Below, piece after piece: positions 32,201 to 45,617 of a stretch of DNA of 64,000 nt. The notes beneath the pieces are model-generated. The model was not told the origin of the DNA and made no database searches. It saw only the letters and a list, made by a program, of their open reading frames with translations. Origin of the DNA: Eledone cirrhosa (lineage: Eukaryota); contig OZ024741.1 of the NCBI GenBank assembly GCA_964016885.1, positions 70,928,001 through 70,992,000 on the forward strand. Reading direction: 5' to 3'. Each line of letters begins with the position of its first letter. The stretch's first letter is position 1. The position numbers were made by a program, and so were the translations under genes.

Positions 32201-35200
32201 GTGGTGGTGGTAGTAATGATGTTTGTGATGATGGTGTTGGTGTTTGTGTGGAGTTGTTTGTGGTTGGTGGTGGTAGTAATGATGTTTGTGATGATGGTGT
32301 TGGTGTTTGTGGTGGAGTTGTTTGTGGTGGTGGTGGTAGTATTGATGTTTGTGATGATGGTGTTGGTGTTTGTGGTGGAGTTGTTTGTGGTGGTGGTGGT
32401 GGTAGTAATGATGTTTGTGATGATGGTGTTGGTGTTTGTGGTGGAGTTGTTTGTGGTGGTGGTGGTAGTAATGATGTTTGTGATGATGGTGTTGGTGTTT
32501 GTGGTGGAGTTGTTTGTGGTGGTGGTGGTAGTAATGATGTTTGTGATGATGGTGTTGGTGTTTGTGGTGGAGTTGTTTGTGGTGGTGGTGGTAGTAATGA
32601 TGTTTGTGATGATGGTGTTGGTGTTTGTGGTGGAGTTGTTTGTGGTGGTGGTGGTGGTAGTAATGATGTTTGTGATGATGGTGTGGTGTTTGTGGTGGAG
32701 TTGTTGTGGTGGTGGTGTAGTAATGATGTTTGTGATGATGGTGTTGGTGTTTGTGGTGAGTTGTTTGTGGTGGTGGTGGTGGTAGTAATGATGTTTGTGA
32801 TGATGGTGTTGGTGTTTGTGGTGGAGTTGTTTGTGGTGGTGGTGGTAGTAATGATGTTTGTGATGATGGTGTTGGTGCTTTGTGGTGGAGTTGTTTGTGG
32901 TGGTGGTGGTGGTAGTAATGATGTTTGTGATGATGGTGTTGGTGTTTGTGGTGGAGTTGTTTGTGGTGGTGGTGGTGGTAGTAATGATGTTGTGATGATG
33001 GTGTTGGTGTTTGTGGTGGAGTTGTTTGTGGTGGTGGTGGTAGTAATGATGTTTGTGATGATGGTGTTGGTGTTTGTGGTGGAGTTGTTTGTGGTGGTGG
33101 TGGTAGTAATGATGTTTGTGATGATGGTGTTGGTGTTTGTGGTGGAGTTGTTTGTGGTGGTGGTGGTAGTAATGATGTTTGTGATGATGGTGTTGGTGTT
33201 TGTGGTGGAGTTGTTTGTGGTGGTGGTGGTAGTAATGATGTTTGTGATGATGGTGTTGGTGTTTGTGGTGGAGTTGTTTGTGGTGGTGGTGGTAGTAATG
33301 ATGTTTGTGATGATGGTGTTGGTGTTTGTGGTGGAGTTGTTTGTGGTGGTGGTGGTAGTAATAATGTTTGTGATGATGGTGTTGGTGTTTGTGGTGAGTT
33401 GTTTGTGGTGGTGGTGTGGTAGTAATGATGTTTGTGATGATGGTGGGTTGGTTTTTGTGGTGGAGTTGTTTGTGGTGGTGGTGGTAGTAATGATGTTTGT
33501 GATGATGGTGTTGGGTGTTTGTGGTGGAGTTGTTTGTGGTGGTGGTGGTAGTAATGATGTTTGTGATGATGGTGTTGGTGTTTGTGGTGGAGTTGTTTGT
33601 GGTGGTGGTGGTGGTAGTAATGATGTTTGTGATGATGGTGTTGGTGTTTGTGGTGGAGTTGTTTGTGGTGGTGGTGGTAGTAATGATGTTTGTGATGATG
33701 GTGTTGGTGTTTGTGGTGGAGTTGTTTGTGGTGGTGGTGGTGGGTAGTAATGATGTTTGTGATGATGGTGTTGGTGTTTGTGGTGGAGTTGTTTGTGGTG
33801 GTGGTGGTGGTAGTAATGATGTTTGTGATGATGGTGTTGGTGTTTGTGGTGGAGTTGTTTGTGGTGGTGGTGGTGGTAGTAATGATGTTTGTGATGATGG
33901 TGTTGGTGTTTGTGGTGGAGTTGTTTGTGGTGGTGGTGGTAGTAATGATGTTTGTGATGATGGTGTTGGTGTTTGTGGTGGAGTTGTTTGTGGTGGTGGT
34001 GGTGGTAGTAATGATGTTTGTGATGATGGTGTTGGTGTTTGTGGTGGAGTTGTTTGTGGTGGTGGTGGTGGTAGTAATGATGTTTGTGATGATGGTGTTG
34101 GTGTTTGTGGTGGAGTTGTTTGTGGTGGTGGTGGTAGTAATGATGTTTGTGATGATGGTGTTGGTGTTTGTGGTGGAGTTGTTTGTGGTGGTGGTGGTGT
34201 AGTAATGATGTTTGTGATGATGGTGTTGGTGTTTGTGGTGGAGTTGTTTGTGGTGGTGGTGGTAGTAATGATGTTTGTGATGATGGTGTTGGTGTTTGTG
34301 GTGGAGTTGTTTGTGGTGGTGGTGGTGGTAGTAATGATATTTGTGATGATGGTGTTGGTGTTTGTGGTGGAGTTGTTTGTGGTGGTGGTGGTGGTAGTAA
34401 TGATGTTTGTGATGATGGTGTTGGTGTTTGTGGTGGAGTTGTTTGTGGTGGTGGTGGTGGTAGTAATGATGTTTGTGATGATGGTGTTGGTGTTTGTGGT
34501 GGAGTTGTTTGTGGTGGTGGTGGTAGTAATGATATTTGTGATGATGGTGTTGGTGTTTGTGGTGGAGTTGTTTGTGGTGGTGGTGGTGGTAGTAATGATG
34601 TTGTGATGATGGTGTTGGTGTTTGTGGTGGAGTTGTTTGTGGTGGTGGTGGTAGTAATGATAGTTGTGATGATGGTGTTGGTTTTTGTGGTGAGTTGTTG
34701 TGGTGGTGGTGGTGGTAGTAATGATATTTGTGATGATGGTGTTGGTGTTTTGTGGTGGAGTTGTTTGTGGTGGTGGTGGTGGTAGTAATGATGTTTGTGA
34801 TGATGGTGTTGGTGTTTGTGGTGGAGTTGTTTGTGGTGGTGGTGGTAGTAATGATGTTTGTGATGATGGTGTGGTGTTTGTGGTGGTGGTTGTTGTGGTG
34901 GTGGTGGTGGAGTATTTGTGAGATGGTGTGTTGTGGTGGAGTTGGTTTGTGGTGGTGGTGGTAGTAATGATGTTTGTGATGATGGTGTTGGTGTTTGTGG
35001 TGGAGTTGTTGTGTGGTGGTGGTGGTAGTAATGATGTTTGTGATGATGGTGTTGGTGTTTGTGGTGGAGTTGTTTGTGGTGGTGGTGGTGGTAGTAATGA
35101 TGTTTGTGATGATGGTGTTGGTGTTTGTGGTGGAGTTGTTTGTGTGGTGGTGGTGGTAGTAATGATGTTTGTGATGATGGTGTTGGTGTTTGTGGTGGAG

Positions 35201-37910
35201 TTGTTTGTGGTGGTGGTGGTGGTAGTAATGATGTTTGTGATGATGGTGTTGGTGTTTGTGGTGGAGTTGTTTGTGGTGGTGGGTGGTAGTAATGATGTTT
35301 GTGATGATGGTGTTGGTGTTTGTGGTGGAGTTGTTTGTGGTGTGGTGGTAGTAATGATGTTTGTGATGATGGTGTTGTGTTTGTGGTGAGTTGTTTGTGG
35401 TGGTGGTGGTAGTAATGATGTTTGTGATGATGGTGTTGGTTTTTGTGGTGGAGTTGTTTGTGGTGGTGGTGGTAGTAATGATGTTTGTGATGATGGTGTT
35501 GGTGTTTGTGGTGGAGTTGTTTGTGGTGGTGGTGGTAGTAATGATGTTTGTGATGATGGTGTTGGTGTTTGTGGTGGAGTTGTTTGTGGTGGTGGTGGTA
35601 GTAATGATATTTGTGATGATGGTGTTGGTGTTTGTGGTGAGTTGTTTGTGGTGGTGGTGGTAGTAATGATGTTTGTGATGATGGTGTTGGTGTTTGTGGT
35701 GGAGTTGTTTGTGGTGGTGGTGGTAGTAATGATGTTTGTGATGATGGTGTTGGTGTTTGTGGTGGAGTTGTTTGTGGTGGTGGTGGTAGTAATGATGTTT
35801 GTGATGATGGTGTTGTGTTTTGTGGTGGAGTTGTTTGTGGTGGTGGTGGTAGTAATGATGTTTGTGATGATGGTGTTGGTGTTTGTGGTGGAGTTGTTTG
35901 TGGTGGTGGTGGTAGTAATGATGTTTGTGATGATGGTGTGGTGTTTGTGGTGGAGTTGTTTGTGGTGGTGGTGGTAGTAATGATATTTGTGATGATGGTG
36001 TTGGTGTTTGTGGTGGAGTTGTTTGTGGTGGTGGTGGTAGTAATGATATTTGTGATGATGGTGTTGGTGTTTGTGGTGGAGTTGTTTGTGGTGGTGGTGG
36101 TAGTAATGATGTTTGTGATGATGGTGTTGGTGTTTGTGGTGGAGTTGTTTTGTGGTGGTGGTGGTAGTAATGATGTTTGTGATGATGGTGTTGGTTTTTG
36201 TGGTGGAGTTGTTTGTGGTGGTGGTGGTAGTAATGATGTTTGTGATGATGGTGTTGGTGTTTGTGGTGGAGTTGTTTGTGGTGGTGGTGGTAGTAATGAT
36301 GTTTGTGATGATGGTGTTGGTGTTTGTGGTGGAGTTGTTTGTGGTGGTGGTGGTAGTAATGATGTTTGTGATGATGGTGTTGGTGTTTGTGGTGGAGTTG
36401 TTTGTGGTGGTGGTGGTAGTAATGATATTTGTGATGATGGTGTTGGTTTTTGTGGTGGAGTTGTTTGTGGTGGTGGTGGTAGTAATGATGTTTGTGATGA
36501 TGGTGTTGGTTTTTGTGGTGGAGTTGTTTGTGGTGGTGGTGTGGTAGTAATGATGTTTGTGATGATGGTGTTGGTGTTTGTGGTGGAGTTGTTTGTGGTG
36601 GTGGTGGTAGTAATGATGTTTGTGATGATGGTGTTGGTGTTTGTGGTGGAGTTGTTTGTGGTGGTGGTGGTAGTAATGATGTTTGTGATGATGGTGTTGG
36701 TGTTTGTGGTGGAGTTGTTTGTGGTGGTGGTGGTAGTAATGATGTTTGTGATGATGGTGTTGGTGTTTGTGGTGGAGTTGTTTGTTGTGGTGGTGGTGGT
36801 AGTAATGATGTTTGTGATGATGGTGTTGGTTTTTGTGGTGGAGTTGTTTGTGGTGGTGGTGGTAGTAATGATGTTTGTGATGATGGTGTTGGTGTTTGTG
36901 GTGGAGTTGTTTGTGGTGGTGGTGGTAGTAATGATGTTTGTGATGATGGTGTTGGTGTTTGTGGTGGAGTTGTTTGTGGTGGTGGTGGTAGTAATGATGT
37001 TTGTGATGATGGTGTTGGTGTTTGTGGTGGAGTTGTTTGTGGTGGTGGTGGTAGTAATGATGTTTGTGATGATGGTGTTGGTGTTTGTGGTGGAGTTGTT
37101 TGTGGTGGTGGTGGTGGTAGTAATGATGTTTGTGATGATGGTGTTGGTTTTTGTGGTGGAGTTGTTTGTGGTGGTGGTGGTGGTAGTAATGATGTTTGTG
37201 ATGATGGTGTTGGTGTTTGTGGTGGAGTTGTTTGTGGTGGTGGTGGTGGTAGTAATGATGTTTGTGATGATGGTGTTGGTGTTTGTGGTGGAGTTGTTTG
37301 TGGTGGTGGTGGTGGTAGTAATGATGTTTGTGATGATGGTGTTGGTGTTTGTGGTGGAGTTGTTTGTGGTGGTGGTGGTGGTAGTAATGATGTTTGTGAT
37401 GATGGTGTTGGTGTTTGTGGTGGAGTTGTTTGTGGTGGTGGTGGTGGTAGTAATGATGTTTGTGATGATGGTGTTGGTGTTTGTGGTGGTGATGGAGTTG
37501 TTTGTGGTGGTGGTGGTAGTAATGATGTTTGTGATGATGGTGTTGGTGTTTGTGGTGGAGTTGTTTGTGGTGGTGGTGGTGGTAGTAATGATGTTTGTGA
37601 TGATGGTGTTGGTGTTTGTGGTGGAGTTGTTTGTGGTGGTGGTGGTGGTAGTAATGATGTTTGTGATGATGGTGTTGGTGTTTGTGGTGGTGATGGAGTT
37701 GTTTGTGGTGGTGGTGGTAGTAATGATGTTTGTGATGATGGTGTTGGTGTTTGTGGTGGAGTTGTTTGTGGTGGTGGTGGTAGTAATGATGTTTGTGATG
37801 ATGGTGTTGGTGTTTGTGGTGGAGTTGTTTGTGGTGGTGGTGGTAGTAATGATGTTTGTGATGATGGTGTTGGTGTTTGTGGTGGTGATGGAGTTGTTTG
37901 TGGTTGTGTT
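29206..37910. repeat. 63/66/69-bp minisatellite, roughly 135 copies
   Basis: Unit gttgtttgt(ggt)4-5agtaatgatgtttgtgatgatggtgttggtgtttgtggtgga. Confidence 0.97.
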
Positions 37911-37974
37911 TGGTCAGGTTGTGCTGGAAGCAATAGAACTAAACGAATTCCAAAGTTGTTTATTCTGTTGTGAA
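29206..37974 (-). CDS. Probable giant mucin-like P/T/S/Q repeat exon of a host gene
   Basis: Acceptor tttcttcctcatttccctctctctgtcAG at 37976-37975; only one frame open into the repeat: HNRINNFGIRLVLLLPAQPDQTQP(QTTPPQTPTPSSQTSLLPPPP)n; no frameshift until ~36540. Confidence 0.6.
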
Positions 37975-38035
37975 CTGACAGAGAGAGGGAAATGAGGAAG
38001 AAATGTAAAGATGCGTAATTTTAACAGGTAATGAA

Positions 38036-38090
<55 letters not shown>

Positions 38091-38320
38091 GTAATAATAA
38101 TATATGCGAAGACTAAAATCCAAAGAGGGCTCGATAAGTATAAATATATATCAAATATATAAGAACCGTAGAGAAAATATTTATTAAAATAACAGATTAA
38201 AGTTTAAACAAAGAATCGCTGCTTTCACCCTTAACAGGATCTTCTGAAATTTAGAAGATCCCGTTAAGGGTGAAAGCAGAGATTCTTTGCTAAAACTTTA
38301 ATCTGTTATTTTAATGAATA
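38091..38320. mobile_element. Older fold-back + tail element with degenerate HHR
   Basis: Arms 38177-38248/38251-38320; (c/t)agaaga t ccc gttaa ggg t gaaa; tail 38091-38176; TA flanks. Confidence 0.6.
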
Positions 38321-38416
38321 TATATATATATCATTATGGATACAGTAAAAACCTGTTTAGACCATTACTCACCAGAGTACTCGATACTTGGGGTAGTAAT
38401 GTATGGTTATAAGAAA

Positions 38417-38518
38417 GAGTTGGGACTCGATGGCTGAGCTCTTGCCATTTCAACTGCTATTTCCAGACTGCAACTAGCTGTTGAAACAGCAAGAGCTCAG
38501 CCATTAGGGTCCCAACTC
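38417..38518. repeat. Imperfect ~43-bp-stem hairpin from an interspersed repeat
   Basis: gagttgggac..atggctgagctcttgc / gcaagagctcagccat..gtcccaactc; homologous to 2872-2952. Confidence 0.7.
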
Positions 38519-39796
38519 CTTCGATTTTCTTTTCTTTACTTGGACCTCCTTTATTTCTGTCCCTATTTTATACTCCTGGAGGAGGGCTTAAGCTTGACAC
38601 GTGGAACTTTCTTTCCTCTTTTCCATATAAAGTGTGAAACTAAGACTTTTTGTACCTCTATTTGTTGTTTCCTTAAAGTGTGTGTATGTGTGTGTGTAAA
38701 ACCACAAATAACTGCCTCAAAAAGGGACACATTGAATAATGCAGTTCTAGATATACTATGTGCAAATGAAAGATAGGAATAGTCATGTCTGGAATATCAT
38801 AGATCAACTGGATCAGGGCTGACCTGTGATTAAATAACAATAACTTAGTATCTCTGTGTTATTGGGCCAATCAAAAAACCAAATGACCTACGCTACTTAA
38901 ATGATTACCTCTTCATTAGGTCAACATTTACTGATTACCTTTGTGCTGTATCAGGTCAATGCTGGCTGATTATCTCTCTACACCAACTAATCATTACCCT
39001 GGATCTTGAATAATCGCCCCCACCACCACCCACCTCACCTTATTATTTTTCAGATCCCCCTTCCTCACTTATTGAGTTTTGCTAATCTAACTCCAGTGAA
39101 ATTTTATTTTAAGTGATGGCATTCCTGCAATAATTAATTTTCTTTATACATTAAAAACATAAAATAAATAGGATGGGTTGGAGTCTCAGTGTGTAAACTA
39201 AACAACTAATTCTGGTTTAAAAAAAAAAAATCAATGGAGACAACCTAGAAAAATTACTGATTTGCCAACTTTTTCCACTCACACCTTTCTTAGCATGGTT
39301 TTTACAGTGGGGTACTCTTCCTATCGCTAACCAACCACCTTAGAGGGTATACCAAGCACATTTTCATGGCATAAACACTAGAGAAGTTGTCAGCTATTAT
39401 CCCAACTGAAGAGCCCTCTCTGCGAGAAGTGGGGTTGAAAGCAGGAAGATAAATATGATGATGTGCAAGTATGGCAGGTGTGGTAGGATTTGACAGATGA
39501 ATACTTACTCAAGTGCTGTACTTCACTCTGTATTTTTATTTATGAATCCCTGAAGAGTGAAAAGAAAATTACATCAGATCTTGATAAGAGGTAAACAGGA
39601 TTACTTAAATACCACCAATCCCTCCAACGTCACACCACTTTATCTAAAGGATCTCCTTTTTCTGAATCACCACCCTTTGGGGCTTCAAATGTACAGAATT
39701 TTTATTTTAGATATATTCCTGTATGGAGGGAAAATAGCTATTTCTTGGTTGTGAGTTTATAAAACTAGATGACAGACTACAAGGTTGTAGATTCAT

Positions 39797-39900
39797 GGTG
39801 TGGCAGAGTCAGTAGAGCATTGGATATTTGTTCTAAGTTCAAACTCCACCAAGGTTGATTTTGTTTTTCATCCTTTCAGGGTCGATAAAGAAAGCACCAG
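39797..39900 (+). mobile_element. SINE
   Basis: tggcagagtcagtagagcattgg...gttcaaactcc...tttcatcctttcagggtcgataaa (A/B-box-like head). Confidence 0.6.
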
Positions 39901-40350
39901 CCCAAATCCAATGTGATCGTCTCTACTCCCACCTGTCAAATCCTGGATCTCCACTGGATCAAGGAAGTAGAGGTGGAGAAGGTGCCTATGTGTGCTCATG
40001 ACTGCAGGACACCTAAAACATTTAGGAAAAACATGGTACATACTACCAAGTCATACTCAATTGCAAATGAAGGCTGTATTTTGTTTCTACCACTGTATAG
40101 TGACACTTAAGTAAGACCTCTACCTCTGCTTAATCTATGGTAGCGTCATATATGGAATAATGTGGGCTGAGATTAACTTTGCAATAATGTACACCCTGGA
40201 CAAATAATAATGGATGATAATATGAATGAATGAATGTGTGTGTTTGTGTGAGTATACCATCCATGTATGTGTGTATATGTCTATGTATGTATATGTGCAT
40301 TTATGTACGCATGTTTGTATGTATGTGGGAGTGTGTGCTTATGTAGGTAA

Positions 40351-40432
<82 letters not shown>

Positions 40433-40434
40433 TT

Positions 40435-41582
40435 ATAAGTAGCAGCAAGTGCCCACAAAATACTAGCTCTTTCAACTGCGCAGAGGGTTCTATAGAAATA
40501 GTGGACAGCTTCCGTTACCTGGGTGACAAAATCAGCAGTGGGGGAGGGTGCTCTGAAAGTACAGTAGCTAGAGTCAGAACTGGATGGAAAAAGTTCAGAG
40601 AGCTTATACCACTATTAGCCGCTAAAGGGTTCTCCCTAAAAATGAAAGGCAGGTTGTATGATGCCTGCATACGAACAGCAATGTTGCATGGCAGTGAGAC
40701 ATGGGCATTGTGGGCAGAGGATATACGCAGACTAGAGAGGAACGAAGCTTGCATGCTCCGCTGGATGTGTAATAGTAATATACGTGAATGGCAAAGCATA
40801 AACGAACTAAGGAAAAAATTAGAAATAAGAGGGATCAGATGTTGTTTACTCGAGAGAAGGCTACGTTGGTATGGTCATGTGATGCGCATGAAAGACGATA
40901 GCTGTATAACAAAGTGCAGGGCAATAAAGATAGACGGTAGCCACGGAATAGGCAGACCCAGAAAAACCTGGGACGAGCTGATAAACTCCGACCTCACACA
41001 CTTACACCTCTCCAAGACAAAGTCACTGGACCGAGACCTTTGGTGGTACTCAGTAATAGAGAAGACCCGCCTTACCTAAATACAAAGTAAAACCTACTAC
41101 AGTCAGTAGGCATCTCTAACAAAATACACCCCCGTCCCACCACCCCCACCCCATCCACACCGCCCCTTTCAATGTAAAGTTATGTTGGTGCCACAACATC
41201 CAGGCCGAAACAAATGAGATCGTGTAGGTGTCACGACAAAAAAACACACAGTTCACGCTGTAATGTGGCCGTGTAGGCAACACGGTAAAAACCTCCCAGC
41301 CCCACACTGTAAATGTGGTTGGTGTTAGGAAGGGCATCCAGCTGTAGAAAACCCGCCAGATAGTCCACGCTGTAATGTGGCCATGTAGGCAACACGGTAA
41401 AAACCTCCCAGCCCCACACTGTAAATGTGGTTGGTGTTAGGAAGGGCATCCAGCTGTAGAAAACCCGCCAGACAGTCCTATGCGAGCAAGATAATCACTC
41501 TTGCCTCAAGTGGGAAAACCCCCGTCCAAACCCATGCAAGCGTGGAACACGGACGTTAGACGTTGATGATGATGATGATGAT
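40435..41582 (+). mobile_element. RTE LINE subfamily A, 3' part, with 112-bp UTR duplication
   Basis: ORF to 41079; (GAT)n tail; 5' end abuts (GT)n. Confidence 0.95.
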
Positions 41583-42089
41583 ACAATGATATCAAATAAA
41601 TAGAAACTATATTTATAAAACCATATTTATTTTATTATATATATTTCAAGGGTACCAAGACACATTGGTGTGCTTTCATCAGATAAAATACAAAGTTTGT
41701 TTTATAAATAGAGACATACCCATGAAAATCATACCTTATCGGTTGGATATTCACTGGATAGTGGAAATATATTAGGGATTTTTTCAAACTTATGTGTGAA
41801 TATGCAAATGAATATGTAAATAATTGAAAAACAACCGTTTATTTAAACGACTATGGAGAGAGAGAGAGAGAGAAGAGATAAGAGGAGAAGGATAAATAGT
41901 GTGAGAGAGAGAGATAAGAAAGAAACAAGAGAAGATGAATAAAAACTGATATAACGTTAATTTGAGGGAAATATATTCTAAGTATATATCTTAATAGTAC
42001 ATGTATTTACGATTATTAGTTGTTTAATATTTGTTTATAATATAATATTTTTCTTCTGTTATAAGTAGATAAATAAATAAATAAATACA

Positions 42090-42140
<51 letters not shown>

Positions 42141-42240
42141 ATGGGAATATCATGTTATAGATAATTGTTCTAATGAGTTATGAGGGATATTGGTTTAGTA
42201 TTTAATGTAAATAAATATTAAGTTAGAGAAAAGTCAGGAA

Positions 42241-43687
42241 TTAGAGAAAAACACCATGGAAAGCATCCAGCAAATAGTTAACTCCATCCACCAGAGTATT
42301 AGAGTTACTATAGACCACCCAACCATCGATTACCTGTACTAGACACAGAGCTCTGGTTAGATACCATTAATAACAAAAAACAAATCCTCCATTCCCATTA
42401 TGCCAAACCCATGACATCCAAATATCTGATCCACCGAAACTCAGCTGTTTCGGACCATACCAAAATCAACATACTGATTGCGGATTTGGTACGGGTGATG
42501 AGAAACGTGTCCCGCATGTGCAACCCCAAAGAACTAGAGAGACACATACAACACTTCATCCACCGTATGCAGTTCTCTGGTTACAATCACAGAGATAAAA
42601 TCAGAGTATATAGAGGAGCCAGAACCAAATGGGAAAAAATGGTAAATAATGATACAAATGAGACCTGCCCCTTGTATAGGAGCAAATTTTGGAATAGAAT
42701 AGAAAGAACTAAAAATAAGGTTAATAGAATAAATTCATGGTATGATAGCAATAAATACCAGAGTGTAATGTTCATCAATACAACCCCTAGAGGTGAATTA
42801 GCTTACAAATTTAGAAGGGCCCTAGATAAACATAAACTCAATATTAAGATAGTAGAAAGACCAGGTACCTCCATAAAAACACTTATTAGCAATACATACC
42901 CTTTTCAAAGACCTCCCTGTATAGATAAGAAATGTATAATCTGTAAACTAAGCCCCCATATTAACTGTAAAACTAGAAATGTAGTATATAGCATAAGATG
43001 TACTGAAGGACAATGTAGAGATAAGAATATAGTGTACATAGGTGAAACAGCTTGTAGTATAGGGGAACGGATAAATGAACACTGGCGAGAGCTTCAAGAT
43101 AGAAAAGAATCATCTGTACTCCACCAACATGCTAAAATAGAACATAAGGGTAAATTAGAGAACATAGAAATAAAAATAGAATCTACACACAGAAAAGACG
43201 CAATGTTTAGACAAATCACAGAGGCAATAAACATAAATGAACTCCAACCAAAATTAAATAGAAAACATGAATGGAACAGCAACAGCACAACTTACAATTA
43301 AGGACAAAATGAAAACACACACACATAGAACAAACAACCAACCAACCAGTAACATGTAAATAAACAAATAAATAAATAAACAAATATAAACACACAGACA
43401 CCCGGATGTAACACATGCGCAAACTAAGCACACAACACACACAAAAACAAGATGGCGTAGGACAGAACAAAGGAGAAGCACAAAAACAAAGAAAAGAATC
43501 CCCAGTCATTGAAGAGATCACAGAATGTGTGACGAAAGAACTTTGACAATAGATGAACAATCGTCTGGTTGTGGAACCAACCAACCAACCGGAAATTTAT
43601 AAATTTAATTTATAATAAATTGAAGTGAAAGCAACTGGTGCATGTGTTTCTTATTGGCAACATCACCCTCCCAAAGCATAACAATAT
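42241..43687 (+). mobile_element. PLE family P1, 5'-truncated
   Basis: RT thumb (LPVLDTELW, HYAKPM), GIY-YIG, pLTR with mutated HHR at ~43504-43547. Confidence 0.9.
42411..43301 (+). CDS. PLE RT thumb + GIY-YIG endonuclease (partial)
   Basis: MQFSGY, TPRGELA, KIVERPG, VVYSIRC...YIGET...EH, PKLN. Confidence 0.9.
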   Translation: MTSKYLIHRNSAVSDHTKINILIADLVRVMRNVSRMCNPKELERHIQHFIHRMQFSGYNHRDKIRVYRGARTKWEKMVNNDTNETCPLYRSKFWNRIERTKNKVNRINSWYDSNKYQSVMFINTTPRGELAYKFRRALDKHKLNIKIVERPGTSIKTLISNTYPFQRPPCIDKKCIICKLSPHINCKTRNVVYSIRCTEGQCRDKNIVYIGETACSIGERINEHWRELQDRKESSVLHQHAKIEHKGKLENIEIKIESTHRKDAMFRQITEAININELQPKLNRKHEWNSNSTTYN

Positions 43688-45081
43688 TAAGTTAAATTAA
43701 ATTAAATTAAATTAACAGAGTTAATAAGAATATTTATATTTATATGATTTAAAATGGGAAGATACGGAAAAAACTCCGGTTTAATTTATTTATTCGTTAG
43801 TGTGAGACTATTTAGTCAAAATAAGTATAGATGTTGAAAGATACATTTAGCCAGAATTAGTTAGTGGTTATAAATCTATTGAAAAATGTTGAAAAAATAT
43901 TGATAAAGTATTGAAAAAATATTGAAAAATTTGAGAAAATTTTTTTTTAAAATAATTTATAAAGAGATAATTAATTTTAAAAAAAATAAAAATTAAAGAA
44001 ATAAAAATAAAGAAATACAAATTATTAAAATAAAAAAAAAAATATTAGAATTATATACGTATATATTTTATGAAACTTTAAGAAGTGGAATTAGAGCAAA
44101 TGTTATAAATATTATGATTTAGAGATATCAATATATTAAAACCAAGTGGATGAGATTGTTATGGAAATAAGTAGAAATATTATAAGTATAATTATAAGTT
44201 ATATATAGTTCTGAATGTTGAATTCTGGCAATGTCTACAAGAATTAAATAAATTCGTTCTTAGATTAATAGAGTTTTTACATTTAAGTATGAAAAAAATT
44301 TACTCAATAAACAATTTGTAGAATCTAGATAAAGCTGTGTTTCGGTACGCGGGTGCTTTTGAAACTGGTTCCCAAGCTAATGAATAGTCCATATTCTTGC
44401 ATTTTAAATCAGTTATAAACATTTATATTTGTCGAACTTCCAACAAATTAAATACCCCTTCTACTTATATATATATGCGTGTGTAATTTATACACGCATA
44501 TATTTATCTTTTTAATTTCAATTGAGTTCTTAACACGTTGGATTGATAATGTTTTCGAAAAAACTGTTTAACCCGCGTGTATATTATTTTTTTTCCTCCT
44601 TTCGTGGATCGTGGTTGTCTCCCCTTCCCGCTTAGTGACGCTATAATACTTTCTCAGTCAAAAACTGCTGGAATTTCAAATTTGCCGGTCACTCGATGCG
44701 GGAAGGAGCAACTTAACAGACACGATTTTTAACTACGGTAAGAAAATTTTTTTTTCTTATATCAAAGTTTAATGGGCTTCCACTGATGATTTATAATCGC
44801 CCACCTAAATATATTCTTACATGAATGTATATTAGGCTTCTACATAAACTGGAAATATTCTCTGAATTTGTAGAAAACTTATAATGAAACAATTGTTTGG
44901 AAAGAGAGATATATTTTAACTTTAATTATATCTCATAAAATAATACAACTGGCTTTTCCACATAATACATATTGTTAGCACACCAAACACTTAAATTGGG
45001 TTTATATTAAAATATAACCTAATGTTTGTTGAGTGAGATGGTTACCAGTCAGAGATTAGCTTTAAACTATCTCTGTTATTG

Positions 45082-45147
<66 letters not shown>

Positions 45148-45343
45148 ATACTTGGGGAGGGTCATATTTGTGTAATATTGCCAGAATTAATAACAGAACA
45201 CACTCACTGTTTGGTTGGTTTTCGCTTCTCGCTGTCTTTTATATCGGTAATCTAACTTACTCGGTCCTCAATATTGCCATTGACTGACCGACGGTCAAAA
45301 GTAATACAGATACAATATAGACACAAACACATATATATAGTTT

Positions 45344-45385
45344 ATCATAAATCTTTCGTTGCACATCTGCAACATCGTCAGTGGT
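45344..45385 (-). ncRNA. Minimal type I hammerhead (P2 pLTR)
   Basis: acca-CTGACGA-t gttgca gatg tgcaac-GAAA gatt TA-tgat. Confidence 0.7.
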
Positions 45386-45617
45386 GTTATATTTTCCTCC
45401 TGTTGTGTTGTATGTCTACGCCATTTTATATTCAGTCTGTCTATATATTTATTTATTTATTTGCTTGTTTGTTTATTTTATTTTGTCTTCTTTGCGCATG
45501 CGTTTGCGTGTGTGTATAGTGTTATGTTTGCTGTGTGATGGGTGACTAGTGCGTGTTTATGTGCTTGTTGTTATTGTGCTTGTGTATGTATTTATTTATC
45601 TTATTTTATTTACTTAT

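Noticed and set aside
29206-37910. CRISPR array or telomeric repeat
   Set aside because: No unique spacers, no cas genes, no TTAGGG; eukaryotic context
29506-37995. Plus-strand Val-rich and Gly/Cys/Asp ORFs
   Set aside because: Antisense readings of the minisatellite with no start or splice context
38417-38518. pre-miRNA
   Set aside because: An arm is homologous to an interspersed repeat at 2872-2952, so a repeat fold-back explains it; no expression evidence
43504-43547. Active hammerhead in this P1 copy
   Set aside because: C3U without the compensating G8A, plus stem II and cut-site changes
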